Of a stretch of 64,000 nt of DNA, positions 1 through 11,670 are shown one piece after another (the stretch's first letter is position 1; each line of letters begins with the position of its first letter). The position numbers were made by a program, and so were the translations under genes. The notes under the pieces were generated by a model. It had not been told where the DNA came from and searched no databases. It saw only the letters and a program-made list of their open reading frames with translations. Origin of the DNA: Paraspadella gotoi. Its lineage: Eukaryota; Animalia; Chaetognatha. The stretch is taken from assembly GCA_051294375.1 (NCBI GenBank), contig JBJCIZ010000239.1:6743545-6807544 (forward strand). Reading direction: 5' to 3'.

Positions 1-2
1 CG

Positions 3-224
3 GAGAAACCTTGCGGCAACTGCGGGGAAATGAAGTGGTCGCGGTGCAGCATGCTGCGGGAAAAAGAAGGCCCGGTGCTGGAGAACGAGATCCTGCTGCT
101 GCGCGGCGAGGAAAGGGGCTTCGTCGGCGCCGACGGAGGCGTGACGGCGGCGCAGCGGCTGCTGAAGCAGAAACGAAAAGGCACGGCCATCGAGGAAGCG
201 GAAGTCGAGTCTAAAACTTTTTAA
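3..224 (+). CDS. MCM10: MCM10 replication initiation factor, last coding exon only (gene runs off the left edge)
   Basis: The frame from position 3 reads EKPCGNCGEMKWSRCSMLREKEGPVLENEILLLRGEERGFV. This matches the metazoan MCM10 C-terminal zinc-binding tail as recalled (human ...HCSNCGLYKWERDGMLKEKTGPKIGGETLLPRGEEHAKFL). Stop TAA at 222-224 overlaps an AATAAA (224-229). Confidence 0.85.
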   Translation, partial: EKPCGNCGEMKWSRCSMLREKEGPVLENEILLLRGEERGFVGADGGVTAAQRLLKQKRKGTAIEEAEVESKTF

Positions 225-423
225 ATAAAAACAATTTTTTTTCCGTCGTTCATTTTCTGACGGGGCTTTTGGGTTTTTTAACGTTTTTTCCTGCGTCTTA
301 ATCATGAATTATCATGATTTATGGCGATTTCTGTCGTTCGTTAGACCCTTTTTTATTAACTGTTATGATTTTATTTCTTTTTTTTTTAAGTTTTTTCCTG
401 CCTTGTTATAAAACCGAGTGGCC

Positions 424-3400
424 ATGTCTTCGTCGCCCGCCCGCGATGCCCCATCAGAGTTGATGGAGATGGAGGGTGATTTGGGGTTAAACTCGGACCT
501 CCTCGAGCCCCCGTCGGAGCTCGTCGCACCTTCGAGCCCCATCGCGATCCCGCCCTCGGAACTGGGACCGCCAGTCGGGTAAGCGGGTTTTATTTTTGTT
601 TATGGGGTGTGGTCTGTCGGGGATGAAGTTTAGACTTTCTTAGTTTTGATATTGGTAAGTAGTCAAGGTATGAATTACTACTGGGTGTTGTTCTGGCTTA
701 TTGGTTCTTATTTTTTTATAAAACGCCACCTTTTATCGGTTTTTTTAATTACTGCCAGTTCGTCTATGAACCAAGAGCCAAAAAAAAGAGGTTATTTTGG
801 TCTCAAACTCTCCATTTTAAGCCTTAATGTAATGACCCCCCCTCACCTTTGCCCCGTCTCCTCTCCACACCCTCGCATCAGTTTTCCCCCTCGGCGCCAA
901 ACCGCTCCTCGCTCCGACCGCGTGCCCACCTCCGAACTGGACCTCAGTTCCCCGCTTCTCTACGGGACGCCGTCCTCGAACAAGTCGGTGGGCGGATCCG
1001 GCGGCGGGGAGACGCCGTTGCGGTTGAGGAGCGACTTGGGGAATCAAAGGACGTTGCGCCAAGTCAATCTCGCGCCCTCGTCCGATCGGGAGGGAACGGG
1101 TGAGATATATAGGGACGACGGGGTTGAAGGGGGGGAGGTTTACTGTTGTTTTTAACGCCTTCTCTCACTATCTTTTTATTAGTCGTTTTGTTTTTTGTTT
1201 TTTTTTCCGAAGCTTCATCAGCGCATAGTATAAATATAAATATAAAATAATGAAGAGAAGAATTTTATCATCGTGTCTCTTCTCTTCATGAATGAGAATA
1301 AAATTAAAATATAAGCGATAATAATTATATATAAAAAAAATATCCCTTCTTCCGCCTCCATCGATCTTCAGAACCTTCCTCCGACGGACACGTCCCTCCG
1401 TCCACCGACGCCCGCGACGCGCCGACGGAGCCGCCCTCGGCCGGCGACGCCGCGCAGCAGATCGTCATTTGGGGAACGGATGTCAACGTCGCTCAGTGCA
1501 AGGACAAATTCAGACAATTCATTCTTAGGTAAAAGGGATTAAATATATTTATTTTTTATTAAGGAAATTCACGATGTCTAAGTCTCGTCTGTATTTCCCC
1601 CTTTTTTTTTCTTTACGTATTTAATTGTTCATTTAAATTTAATTAGTGAAATTAAAACCCTCTTAAGATACATCGATCCCGATCTCGCTGACGACGAGAT
1701 CGAAGTGGGGATGAACAAGGACGAACCCGTCTACCTCCAAAAGCTCCACGAAATCTCCATCACGGGATCTCCTTACCTCCCCATCAACTGCAAGCATCTC
1801 AAGGATTTCGACGCGGATTTAAACCGGCAGCTCGTCTCTTATCCGCAGGTTCGTGGTGAGAACAGGCTGCTTTCACCTTGTCTTTTTTATACTTTTTACA
1901 GCTACAGGTATATAGCGATTGTTGATAGAGAAAAAGAGAGAAAAAGAGAAATAGAAATTAAGAAAGAATTGAATGAATGAATGAAAGAAAAATAAATCAA
2001 GAGAGAAATTGTAAAAGAATAGACGAAACGAATGCAAGAAAGTATGGTGGACTAAAATCCACCAACCGTTCATCAGCGGCCATTGGTGCCGGAGGCAAGT
2101 CATTCGCCTCCCAACCCAAAGGTCCGGGGTTCTAGCCCGGTGGTCGTCTGGCAGTTAAGAGGGACGGGGCGCTTAACCCGCCTGTAACACGGTGTTACAG
2201 CCTGATCCGAAGCTCAGGGACTGCTTATATTGAACGGTTCTGTCATTAACACTTATCAATAATTACGGTCTCTTCAAAAGTTATTGTTTAAAAAAGAACG
2301 AAAGTTAGAAAGAAGAAAGAAAGAAATCAAGAAAAAAAAAATTCCTTAAACAAGCAAAGAATTTAAATATAAAAAACCCCAGGAGGTGATACCGACCTTC
2401 GACATGGCCGTCAACGAGATCTTCTTCGCCCGATATCCTGACTCGGCGCTCGAGCACCAGATCCTCGTCCGCACCTTCAACGTGGACAAGACGATGAACA
2501 TGAGGTCCCTCAACCCAGAGGACATCGACCAGCTCATCACCATATCCGGTTTGAGAAAGAGGGAAACTTGAAATGCCATAATAAATTGTGAGAATGAAAT
2601 GTCTTGAGAATAAATATTGCGCTTTTAAAAAATCAAAGTAGTCTCTCATCATAATATTATTGTTATATTATTTTATGAAATTTGTACGACCAATATAAAA
2701 AAGCCATTTATTTAATAAATAAGCTATCTTGGCCCTGACTTTGGACAGGCTTTAGTGGTTTAAGGCCTTTTTCACTCTTACATGATAATCATCATTAATC
2801 ATTCAACTTGCCTCTAAACTAATCTAAGTACGCATTCAACTCTCTCATAAGAGCCAATCTCGTTCCATCCGGAGTTCGATTAATCCGATATTGTTTTCGC
2901 CAGGTATGGTTATCCGCACTTCGTCTTTGATCCCCGAAATGCGAGAGGCCTTCTTCAAGTGCGCCGTCTGCTCTCACTCTACATCCGTCGAGATCAACCG
3001 GTACACGGCAACACGCCCCCCCTTCCCCCAACCCACCTGCGTTTTGCGACGTCGAATCGGATTTTGTTGATCCTAACAATAACATAACATAAACTAACAT
3101 AACAGTAACATAATCTTAATTCATAGGTAGTTCATAACTTCATAGCTTCTTCCTACCAAAAGTTGTATCTAGTTTCGGAAAGCGTTTGTGTTTGTCAATC
3201 TGATGATATTTCCTGGTTTTCAATTTCAACGCTCTTACCTTATTTCCCCACCCGCACACTCAGCGGCCGAATCGCGGAGCCGTCCGTGTGCCCCCACTGC
3301 AACACCAACTTCTCCTACGCCCTCATCCACAACCGATCCCACTTTTCGGACAAACAGATGATCAAACTGCAGGAGTCGCCGGACGACATGCCGGCCGGGC

Positions 3401-6284
3401 AGACGCCGCACACCGTCGTCGTCTACGCGCACAATGACCTCGTCGACTCGGTGCAGCCGGGTAAGAGAATACCGAGTTTTTCACCAGATTGCATCCTCGA
3501 TTTTGCTTATGGACATGCTAGTCGCATCAATCGCTTAAACCAACAGGCGACCGCGTCACGGTTACCGGCATCTATCGTGCCACGCCCCTCCGTGTTAATC
3601 CCAAGCAGCGTAACGTCAAGTCCGTCTACAAGACCTACATCGATGCCATTCACTTTCGTCGGACGCAGCAGGATCGATTGCGCGAGCTGGAGAACGCATC
3701 GGACAAGGAGGGGTAACGAGAAGAGCCGGTCGATGATGACTCGTGTGGTAATCACTATCACTTCTTTAACTTTCCCTTCTCCCATTTTTCAGCAAAAGCC
3801 TCTACATCCCCGAGGAGAGAATCGATCGGGTCAAGAAGCTGGCGCAACTCCCGGACATCTACGAACGCCTCGCCGCCGCCCTCGCGCCCTCCATCTACGA
3901 AAACGACGACATCAAGAAGGGAATTTTGCTTCAGCTCTTTGGCGGAACGAGGAAGGACTTCTCCGCCACCGGTCACAGCAACTTTAGATCTGAAGTCAAC
4001 ATTCTTCTCTGCGGAGATCCAGGTCGGTATCTTAATCTCAAAAGTCGAGACAGAGGTGAGATATAGGCTCAGATCTTTAGCCAGTCGACATTTACTTACA
4101 TTCGAATCCCTCTATCAGGCACGTCCAAGTCTCAACTGCTCCAGTACGTCTTCAAACTCGTCCCCCGAGCTCAGTACACCTCAGGGAAGGGATCCTCCGC
4201 AGTTGGTCTCACCGCCTACGTAACCAAAGATCCCGAGACGAAGCAGCTCTGCCTGCAGACTGGGGCGCTGGTCCTGGCCGACAACGGCGTTTGCTGCATC
4301 GACGAGTTCGACAAGATGAACGACAGCACGAGGTTCTTGTCGGCGAATGGTTGAACCATCTGCAACACGAATTGATTTTGAATAAATTATTATGTGCAAG
4401 GGAAATGGCGGAGATCTTCTATGAAGGGGTTTCTCACCAACTGGTCTTTTGACTAAAAGTGACCGCCTCCTTCAGTGACGAGGATTGAACTCGGGACGCA
4501 TGGTTGAGACGAGATGATTTCGCCCGCTCAGTCATTGAGAGGAGGCTTCGTCTGAGGACGGACAATGGCGGCTTTAAGTCGTATCGCCATGCTGTCACTT
4601 TTTAAATGACCTGAGTAAATAACAATTCATATTATTCTTACTGCTCCCTCCCTTCCCGTTTTCTGCTCAGGTCTGTCCTCCACGAGGTGATGGAACAGCA
4701 GACTCTTTCCATCGCCAAGGCGGGGATCATTTGTTCCCTCAACGCGCGGACGTCCGTTTTGGCGGCGGCGAATCCCGTCGATTCTCAGTGGAACAAGAAC
4801 AAGACGATCATCGAGAATCTGCAGCTGCCGCACACGTTGCTCTCCAGATTCGATCTTATCTTTTTGATTCTCGATCCGCAGGTTCGTTTGAGACCAGACG
4901 AATTCGACTGCGAAAGTGACTGAAAAAATAATGAAACGATTAAATTGTTGCTTGAAGAAAGAAGTTGGTTTCAATATATGTTTCAGTTTATGTTTATTGA
5001 CCTTGTGGCTAATCCTAAAAAAATTCGCATACCCTATAACTTGGTGAAACTCGTCCTTTTGGCTTGGACTGTACTCGTTCACCAACTGTGAGTTCCGGGT
5101 CGCGCTGGTTAAGTTGATGGTGTCGGCATAAACACGCCATTGACATGGGGTGGTCACTGCAGATCCATGACTCACACCCCGGGCATCTCACAATTCTCCC
5201 CGTTGCCATAACACACACACACACACTCTCTCTCTGCACTACTTCCTCGCCCCCCCCCCCAGGACGAGCTGTTCGATCGACGCCTGGCCAATCATCTCGT
5301 CTCCCTCTACCACTCCGACTCGGGTGAGTCCGAGCTCGACCAGCAGCTCCTCGACCTCAACATCCTCAAGGACTACATTCTCTACGCGAAAACGTTCGTG
5401 GAGCCGAAGCTGAGCGAGGAGGCGGGGCAGTCGCTCATTCAGACATACGTGGAGATGAGGAAGACGGGATCTGGGAGAGGGCAGGTGTGTGAGGAGGAGG
5501 AAAAATAAAGAGCGAAATTGATGATCATTATTGACAATGAAGTAATTTTATTATTCGAATCACAAAAAAACAAATCATATTAATGTAATTCACATGTTTA
5601 TCGAAAGTTTGTCTTCTTGGCTAGTTAGATTTCATTGTATGGGTTTATCACTACATCGTATGAGGTTAAGGCTGCCAATTATTTCATTGGACATTGTTTC
5701 AGGTGAGCGCCTATCCCCGCCAACTGGAATCGCTGATCCGCCTTTCGGAAGCGCACGCCAAAGTCCGTCTCTCTCAGGTCGTGGAACAGATCGACGTCGA
5801 CGAAGCCTACAGGTTCGCTTTGCGGGGTTTTCGTTTATTCGTTCAATTCACTAATTATTACTAATAATGTTTTTTATTTTCGCTAAAAAGGCTATACCGG
5901 GAGGCGTTGAAGCAGGCGGCCGTGGATCCGTCGTCGGGAAAAGTCGACATTTCTATCCTCACTACAGGATTAAGCAGCGGAAACCGGAAGAAGCGGGCGC
6001 AGGTTTTTCTTTAAATATATAATATTTATGATTACACTAATTTTACATATATCATTAAATAAAGCTCTCTCCCTCAGCTGAAGGAGGAAGTGTGGAAATT
6101 GATCCAAGGAAAGGGAAAAGTGACGTCGCTCAACCTCCGCCGACTCCACGAGGAAATGAAGGCCAACTCGGACGTGATGATCCCGCGGGAACTCTTCGAG
6201 GATGTCGTCAAGGATTTGGAAGACGAGGGAAAGATCATCCGGACCGGACAGTCCCTCCGGCCCTGCGCCCCCTCGTCCGCTTGA
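424..6284 (+). CDS. MCM4: DNA replication licensing factor MCM4, ~16 exons
   Basis: Exons splice at GT-AG sites in phase where checked (e.g. 424-578 to 882-1099). Features: S/P-rich N-terminus with [21 protein letters not shown], zinc finger (FFKCAVC...CPHC), [25 protein letters not shown]4-type Walker [12 protein letters not shown], Walker [10 protein letters not shown], arginine finger [27 protein letters not shown] and a C-terminal winged helix. Confidence 0.97.
2041..2286 (+). mobile_element. tRNA-derived SINE-like interspersed repeat (family A) in an MCM4 intron
   Basis: Closely similar copy at 39752-39989. tRNA-like head at ~2076-2147 (GCGGCCA...TGGTCGT acceptor-like stem, TGGTGCCGGAGG A-box-like, GGTTCTAGCCC B-box-like), followed by several hairpins. 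Confidence 0.65.
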
Positions 6285-6290
6285 AGGAGG

Positions 6291-6330
<40 letters not shown>

Positions 6331-6532
6331 AAGTGCCATGGAACCGATTTTAATTTTTTCGAATTTCCCGTACATTCATTCCCTTTATACATTCTTTTTT
6401 ACGAGCTTCTTTTGGTACACTGTTTACAGTTCGTTATGTTTTGGTTCTTAAAAAAATATATTTTCGTTAAATAGTTTTATGAAATGTTTCTTTTTACGTA
6501 AAGCCTTGTTCAGTTATATCGCGCGTCAAAAG

Positions 6533-9500
6533 ATGTCGCTCGATTCGTTTTTAAAGAAAAAGGGGGACGGGACTTCGAGTCTCGGCGATAAACAAAAGAC
6601 CAAAGTTCGAACGGAACCGCAAGTGACTAAAAACGTCCCTTGGGTCGAGAAGTACCGTCCAAAGGTGAGCCGAGTGGGAAGGGAAGGGAAGAAAGGCCAC
6701 ATTCGATATTTAAAAAAAAACATTAAAAGAGTTTGAAATTAATTTTCAAATTCTTCTAATCATTACACAGCGAAACGAAAGGATTACACCACAATGTCTA
6801 AAAAAACATTAAAAAATGACTTCCTTTTGATTTGTTTTCTCTTTCCAGACCATTTCGGATGTGGCGCACCAGGAAGAAGTCGTCAACGTGCTCCGTTCAA
6901 CCTTGGAGAAAGGATCTGATCTCCCCAACCTTTTGTTTTACGGTCCGCCAGGAACGGGGAAGACCTCGACGATCCTAGCGGCGGCGAGGGAAATCTTCGG
7001 ACCCGAAATGTATCGGTCAAGGACCCTCGAGCTCAACGCCTCCGACGAAAGGGGAATAGGTGATGAGAGAGAGAGAGAGAGAAAAGAGAAAAAGAAAGAA
7101 AGAAAGAGTATGAGATTTAGATATACTGTGCTACGTGATATTTGATTAATATATACAACTTGCATTTAATTTAATATAAAAAGAAAAAGAAGCATAATCA
7201 ATTAGTGAAACAGGTGTTACATTTAAACTCATTTCAACTCAGACAATTTCATCGAAACTTGATTTCCAGCATAATTATTTATCATAATTCGATTTTCTGA
7301 CATGATATAAGTGAATGCCCGACAAGATTGGGCGGGCGGACCGACAAAGTGAATTATAGACTAAAAACTGTCTTAATATCTAAAATCGATTTCTTTCAGA
7401 ATTTAGATATATTAGCAATAACGAGGGAAAAAATATCCCCCTATTTCTCACCCCAACCCCTGCCAACCCCTTTCCCCCCCCCCTTTCCCCCCACGACGCC
7501 TTCAGACGTGATTCGCTCTAAAGTAAAGACTTTCGCTCAATTGACGGCCTCGGCTTCGTCCCTTCGTCGATCGGACGGAAAACCCGTCCCGCCTTTCAAG
7601 CTCATCATTTTGGACGAGGCGGACTCCATGACCAACAGCGCCCAGGTGATTGGAAACGCTTTGTCACCGCGTTTTTTGTTTTTTTTTTGGGGGGGGGAGG
7701 GGAGGCGGAAATATGGAGGGATCGGAGCGGGGTAGTTGAGTAGTTAACTTTCTTTGGGTGAACCCCGAGTACTAGCATTTTTGTTTTTTTTATATTCAAG
7801 AAAATAAATTTGGTATAGTAATTCATATAAACAAGAAGAGAGCTTCTTTTTATCACTTGACAGGCGGCGTTGAGACGAACCATGGAAAAGGAAAGTCGCA
7901 CGACGAGATTCTGTCTCCTTTGCAACTACGTCTCACGCATCATCGGACCTCTCACCTCCAGGTCTGGTTTTCATCCAACGTTTGATTTTCTTTGACATCG
8001 ACGAGTTTTCAATTTACTTTTCTTTACTTTTTACTTCCTTTGTCTTGTAATTAACTCTTTTCTATCCGTTTTTTTAACTTATCTTTCTTTCTTTCTTTCT
8101 TTCTTTCTCTCTCCTTTTTCTTTCTTTTTTCTCTCTTTTTCGTTACACCCCCCTTTTTTTCTCCCTATCCCCATTCTCCGATCTTCCCTCCCATCCTTTC
8201 CCATTTACTTTTGTCACGCCCCCTCCCCCCTGTTTCCTTTTCCTCCACCGACCAGATGCTCCAAGTTCCGCTTCAAGCCCGTCCCCGCCTCGGTGCTCGA
8301 GTCCCGTCTCTCTCTCATCGCGGTGGAGGAAGGGGTGGAGATCGAGCCTCGCGCCCTCACCGCCCTCGTCGAGGTCACGGAGGGCGACATGCGACAGGCC
8401 ATCACCACCCTTCAGAGCGCCGCCAGGCTCAAAGGTCAATTCAAATGTCGTTCCATGACTGTGTCGGCACCAATGTTGTATGTTAAATTAAATATATTTA
8501 CGTATATATTTTAACGTCCGTCTTTGTTACTTTTAGAAGCAGCGTGATCAATAATCGTTCTGTTAATTTTTTGTCTGCCTGTCTTATGATTAAAATCTTT
8601 AAAAATCATTTTTAAAAATTAATTAATTTCTCTCTAAAAATGACTTCAGGATCGTCGAAACCCTCTTCTCCCACGGCCTCCTCTTCCTCCGCCCCATCCC
8701 AAACCTCGGCCGTGACGGAAGAGGACATCCTCGAGATCTCCGGCGTAGTTCCCGCCAAACTCGTCGCCAAACTCCTCCACGCCTGCGCCTCTGACTCTTA
8801 CGAGAAGCTCGACGACGTCGTTCAGGAAATCATCAGGGAGGGTTACAGGTGAGGAGGCCGGCAGCGGGAAACGCTCGGGCCAGCTCATCCTTTGCTCTGT
8901 TTATGCAGGTTTGGACATCCGCGATTCGGTATCGCTTTTACCTCGTGATGCGATTTTGTCCACTAGTAGTAAAGGGGATCAAGAAAGAGATTTTCAGAAA
9001 GTAAATGCAACGTGTTACTGTATTACACGGGCTCTCTTTCCCGATGCCATGAACCCCTTTTTCTCATTGGTCAGTTCCGATGGTGATTCATCCAATTTAG
9101 GTTTATTTCACCCGAGTCACTGATCCGATTCGATTCCGATTCGATTCCGATCTGATTCCAATTCCATATCTTTGATGATATTTTAGTTGTACTTTAAATT
9201 ATAAACGTGATCATCGGGTAAAATAAAAAAGCGGCGCAAGACCTTGGAACTTGCTAGTTTTTTCTTGAAGAAAAACTTTCTACTTTCTACTTATCGATCA
9301 GGATTAACTCTCCCCTTAACCCATCCCTTAACCTTCTCTCAACCCATCCCACAAACAATCTTCCCCCTCCATTCAGCGCGGGTCAAGTCCTCAACCACCT
9401 CCACGATCAGACCCTCGCCTCCGACGAGATGAGCGACAAACAAAAGGCCATTATTTGCGAATCTCTGGCCGTCGGCGACAAGTGCCTCGCCGACGGCGCC

Positions 9501-9566
9501 GACGAGTATCTTCAACTCATGTCGGTCTGCTGCGCCGCCATGCAGACTCTCTGCCGCTCAGATTGA
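6533..9566 (+). CDS. RFC4: Replication factor C subunit 4 (p37; yeast Rfc2 orthologue), clamp loader
   Basis: Motifs: [16 protein letters not shown]...[103 protein letters not shown]. The C-terminal [29 protein letters not shown] points to RFC4 specifically. Confidence 0.96.
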
Positions 9567-9941
9567 GGCTCCCGACGTCTTCTCGTACCTTCTTTTTTTT
9601 AAGACGTGAACTGTTTGGCGGCGCTGATTAAACGTCTTAACGTTGCGTATCGCTTCGTGATAAAAAAAAAATTGTGATACCCAGTTGACGATTTTTTGTT
9701 TTAATTTTTTTTTGTTCACATCGGATAAAAAGAGAGAGGCAAACGAGAATGCTTATTAGCGGAGATATTTTTTTTTACTTGTTATTCTCCCACTGATCCT
9801 GTTATTTTTCTCCCCTTTTGTTATCTTAAACCTAAGTCCGCCTTATTTTTCATATTGGTACATACAATTTTAATTCATCTCCAGTTGCATTTTAATTGTC
9901 ATTGTGAACGGGATAGACCCTCTTCATTTCGACCTCCGACC

Positions 9942-11497
9942 ATGTCGTTTTTCGACGGAGGTGGTTTCGCCTCACCCGGCGGCGGCGGCGGCGGCGGTGG
10001 CTTCGGTTCGCCCAACGCTAGCGCTCAAAAGTCATCGCGCACGCGAGTGCAGAATCTCGTTCCCTGCACCATCAATCAAATCAGGACGGCCGGGAAGGAG
10101 GACGATCGCTTCATGATCGGCAGCATGGAACTCGGGCAGGTTGGCGATTTAGAATTTGTTCCACCAATGTAGAAATAATAATTCCCTTTCTCAAATCATT
10201 TTTCCCTTTTTGAGGTGGAGATCTTCGGCGTCATCATGGACTCCCGGGAGGCGACGACGAACATCACCTACATGATCAACGATTTCACCGGCGAAGACAT
10301 CGAGGTGCGCCATTGGCTGGAAGAAGCCGACGACGAGGCCGGCCCGACCAAGGAGTCGCAGATGCTGAAGAAGCACACCCTCGTCCGAGTCTGCGGCAAC
10401 GTCCGCGAGTTTCAGGGAACAAGGAATCTCGTCGCCTTTCGAATTTTTCCCGTTCACGACTACAACGAGTTTTCGTGTCACATCCTGGAAGTCATTCACA
10501 GGTCGTCAGGGTCTACTTTTGTCTGAGCCGTAATTGTTTTTGTTTTTTTACGTTGAATTGTATTTCATTACGGTGCAAGTCTAGAAAGTTATACTTTAAA
10601 CCTGTCTCTTATGGCAACAGCCGGGTTGCCTGTGATGCCCATTGGGATGGGGCATCTCACTGTTGGCTTTGGGGGCTTCCGACCCTCAGTGACGCCTCCA
10701 GTCACTGGCGCGGTTACCCTAGGACGGTCTCGCTTTGCCAACGCAGAGGGAAGTCGTTAGGACTGTGGATGGAACACTACACTTGGGATGGTGTGTTCCC
10801 CCTCTGAGCCAATGGATTTGGCTGAAGGATGGTGGACGTGAGGCGGTGTGAATATACCGCCACACTCTTTACTTAAATGCTCCTTAAGAAAGGAAAAAAA
10901 TATTGAAGCAGTAAATCGACTAACGATAATATGCAAATGAAATTAAACTCGATCCTTATTTTATTCTCAGTCAATTGATGCATCACGTGATGGAGAAAGG
11001 AATAGGCGGGTCCGTGGTCGTGGATGGTCCTTCTACGTCGGGTTATTCGACGATAGGATCGACTCCCGCCGGTGAGTATCAGTTATCTATTGACTGCAAT
11101 ATAATAAAAATAAATGTACATAAATGTAATCACTGTTTTATATTGATAATTGAATATTATTCACATTGTTATAAACAGGACCTGCTCCCGTGAGAGGTTT
11201 ACCGAAAAATCAGGAGGACGTTCTGAGAGCCATTCAACAGGTTAAATTCATGAAAAGGATTGATTTCAAAGATCCCCGCCCCCTGCTTTCGCTTACCCTC
11301 CACTCAACCCCCCCCCACCTCTCCCTTATAAACAGGGTTCGGTGACGGAGAGCGGTCCCTCGATCGCCGAGATCCGTTCCAGTCTCGGCAATCGACTCAG
11401 CGAGGCGCAGATTCGTGACGCCATCGAGTATCTCTCCGGCGAGGGTCACATCTACTCCACCCTCGACGAGGACCACTACCGCGCCACCGACGCCTAA
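9942..11497 (+). CDS. RPA2: Replication protein A 32-kDa subunit, 5 exons
   Basis: Gly/Ser-rich N-terminus (GGFASPGG...GFGSP), then QNLVPCTINQI, an OB fold (TNITYMINDFTG, VRVCGNVREFQGTRNLVAFRIFP...NEFSCHILEVIH) and a C-terminal winged helix (IRDAIEYLSGEGHIYSTLDEDHYRATDA*). Confidence 0.95.
10609..10864 (+). mobile_element. Hairpin-rich interspersed repeat (family B) in RPA2 intron 2
   Basis: Second copy with internal deletions at 16740-16946. Its 3' half forms the arms of the element at 36651-37051. It ends in the hairpin GGCGGT-gtgaatat-ACCGCC followed by ACA. Confidence 0.7.
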
Positions 11498-11670
11498 ATA
11501 TATCAACATTAAACAAACAAAAAAACCACATTCCGCCTCGCTCTGTTTTCGTTATCTTTTTTTTTTCTTTTGTCTTCGTCGAGTGCACGATGATGAACGT
11601 TAATTTTTTTAAAAACCATTTACTTGTTTGTTTGTTTTTATATACCAGTTTCTAAGCTGTTTCCTTAGTC

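Noticed and set aside
2060-2110. Hammerhead ribozyme core (CTGATGA/CTGACGA on the minus strand of family A repeats)
   Set aside because: There is no correctly placed GAAA, stem III or cleavage triplet.
9614-9621. E2F-like site TTTGGCGG upstream of RPA2
   Set aside because: It is a single 8-mer just 3' of the RFC4 stop and is not clearly repeated in the other spacers, so it cannot be told apart from chance.
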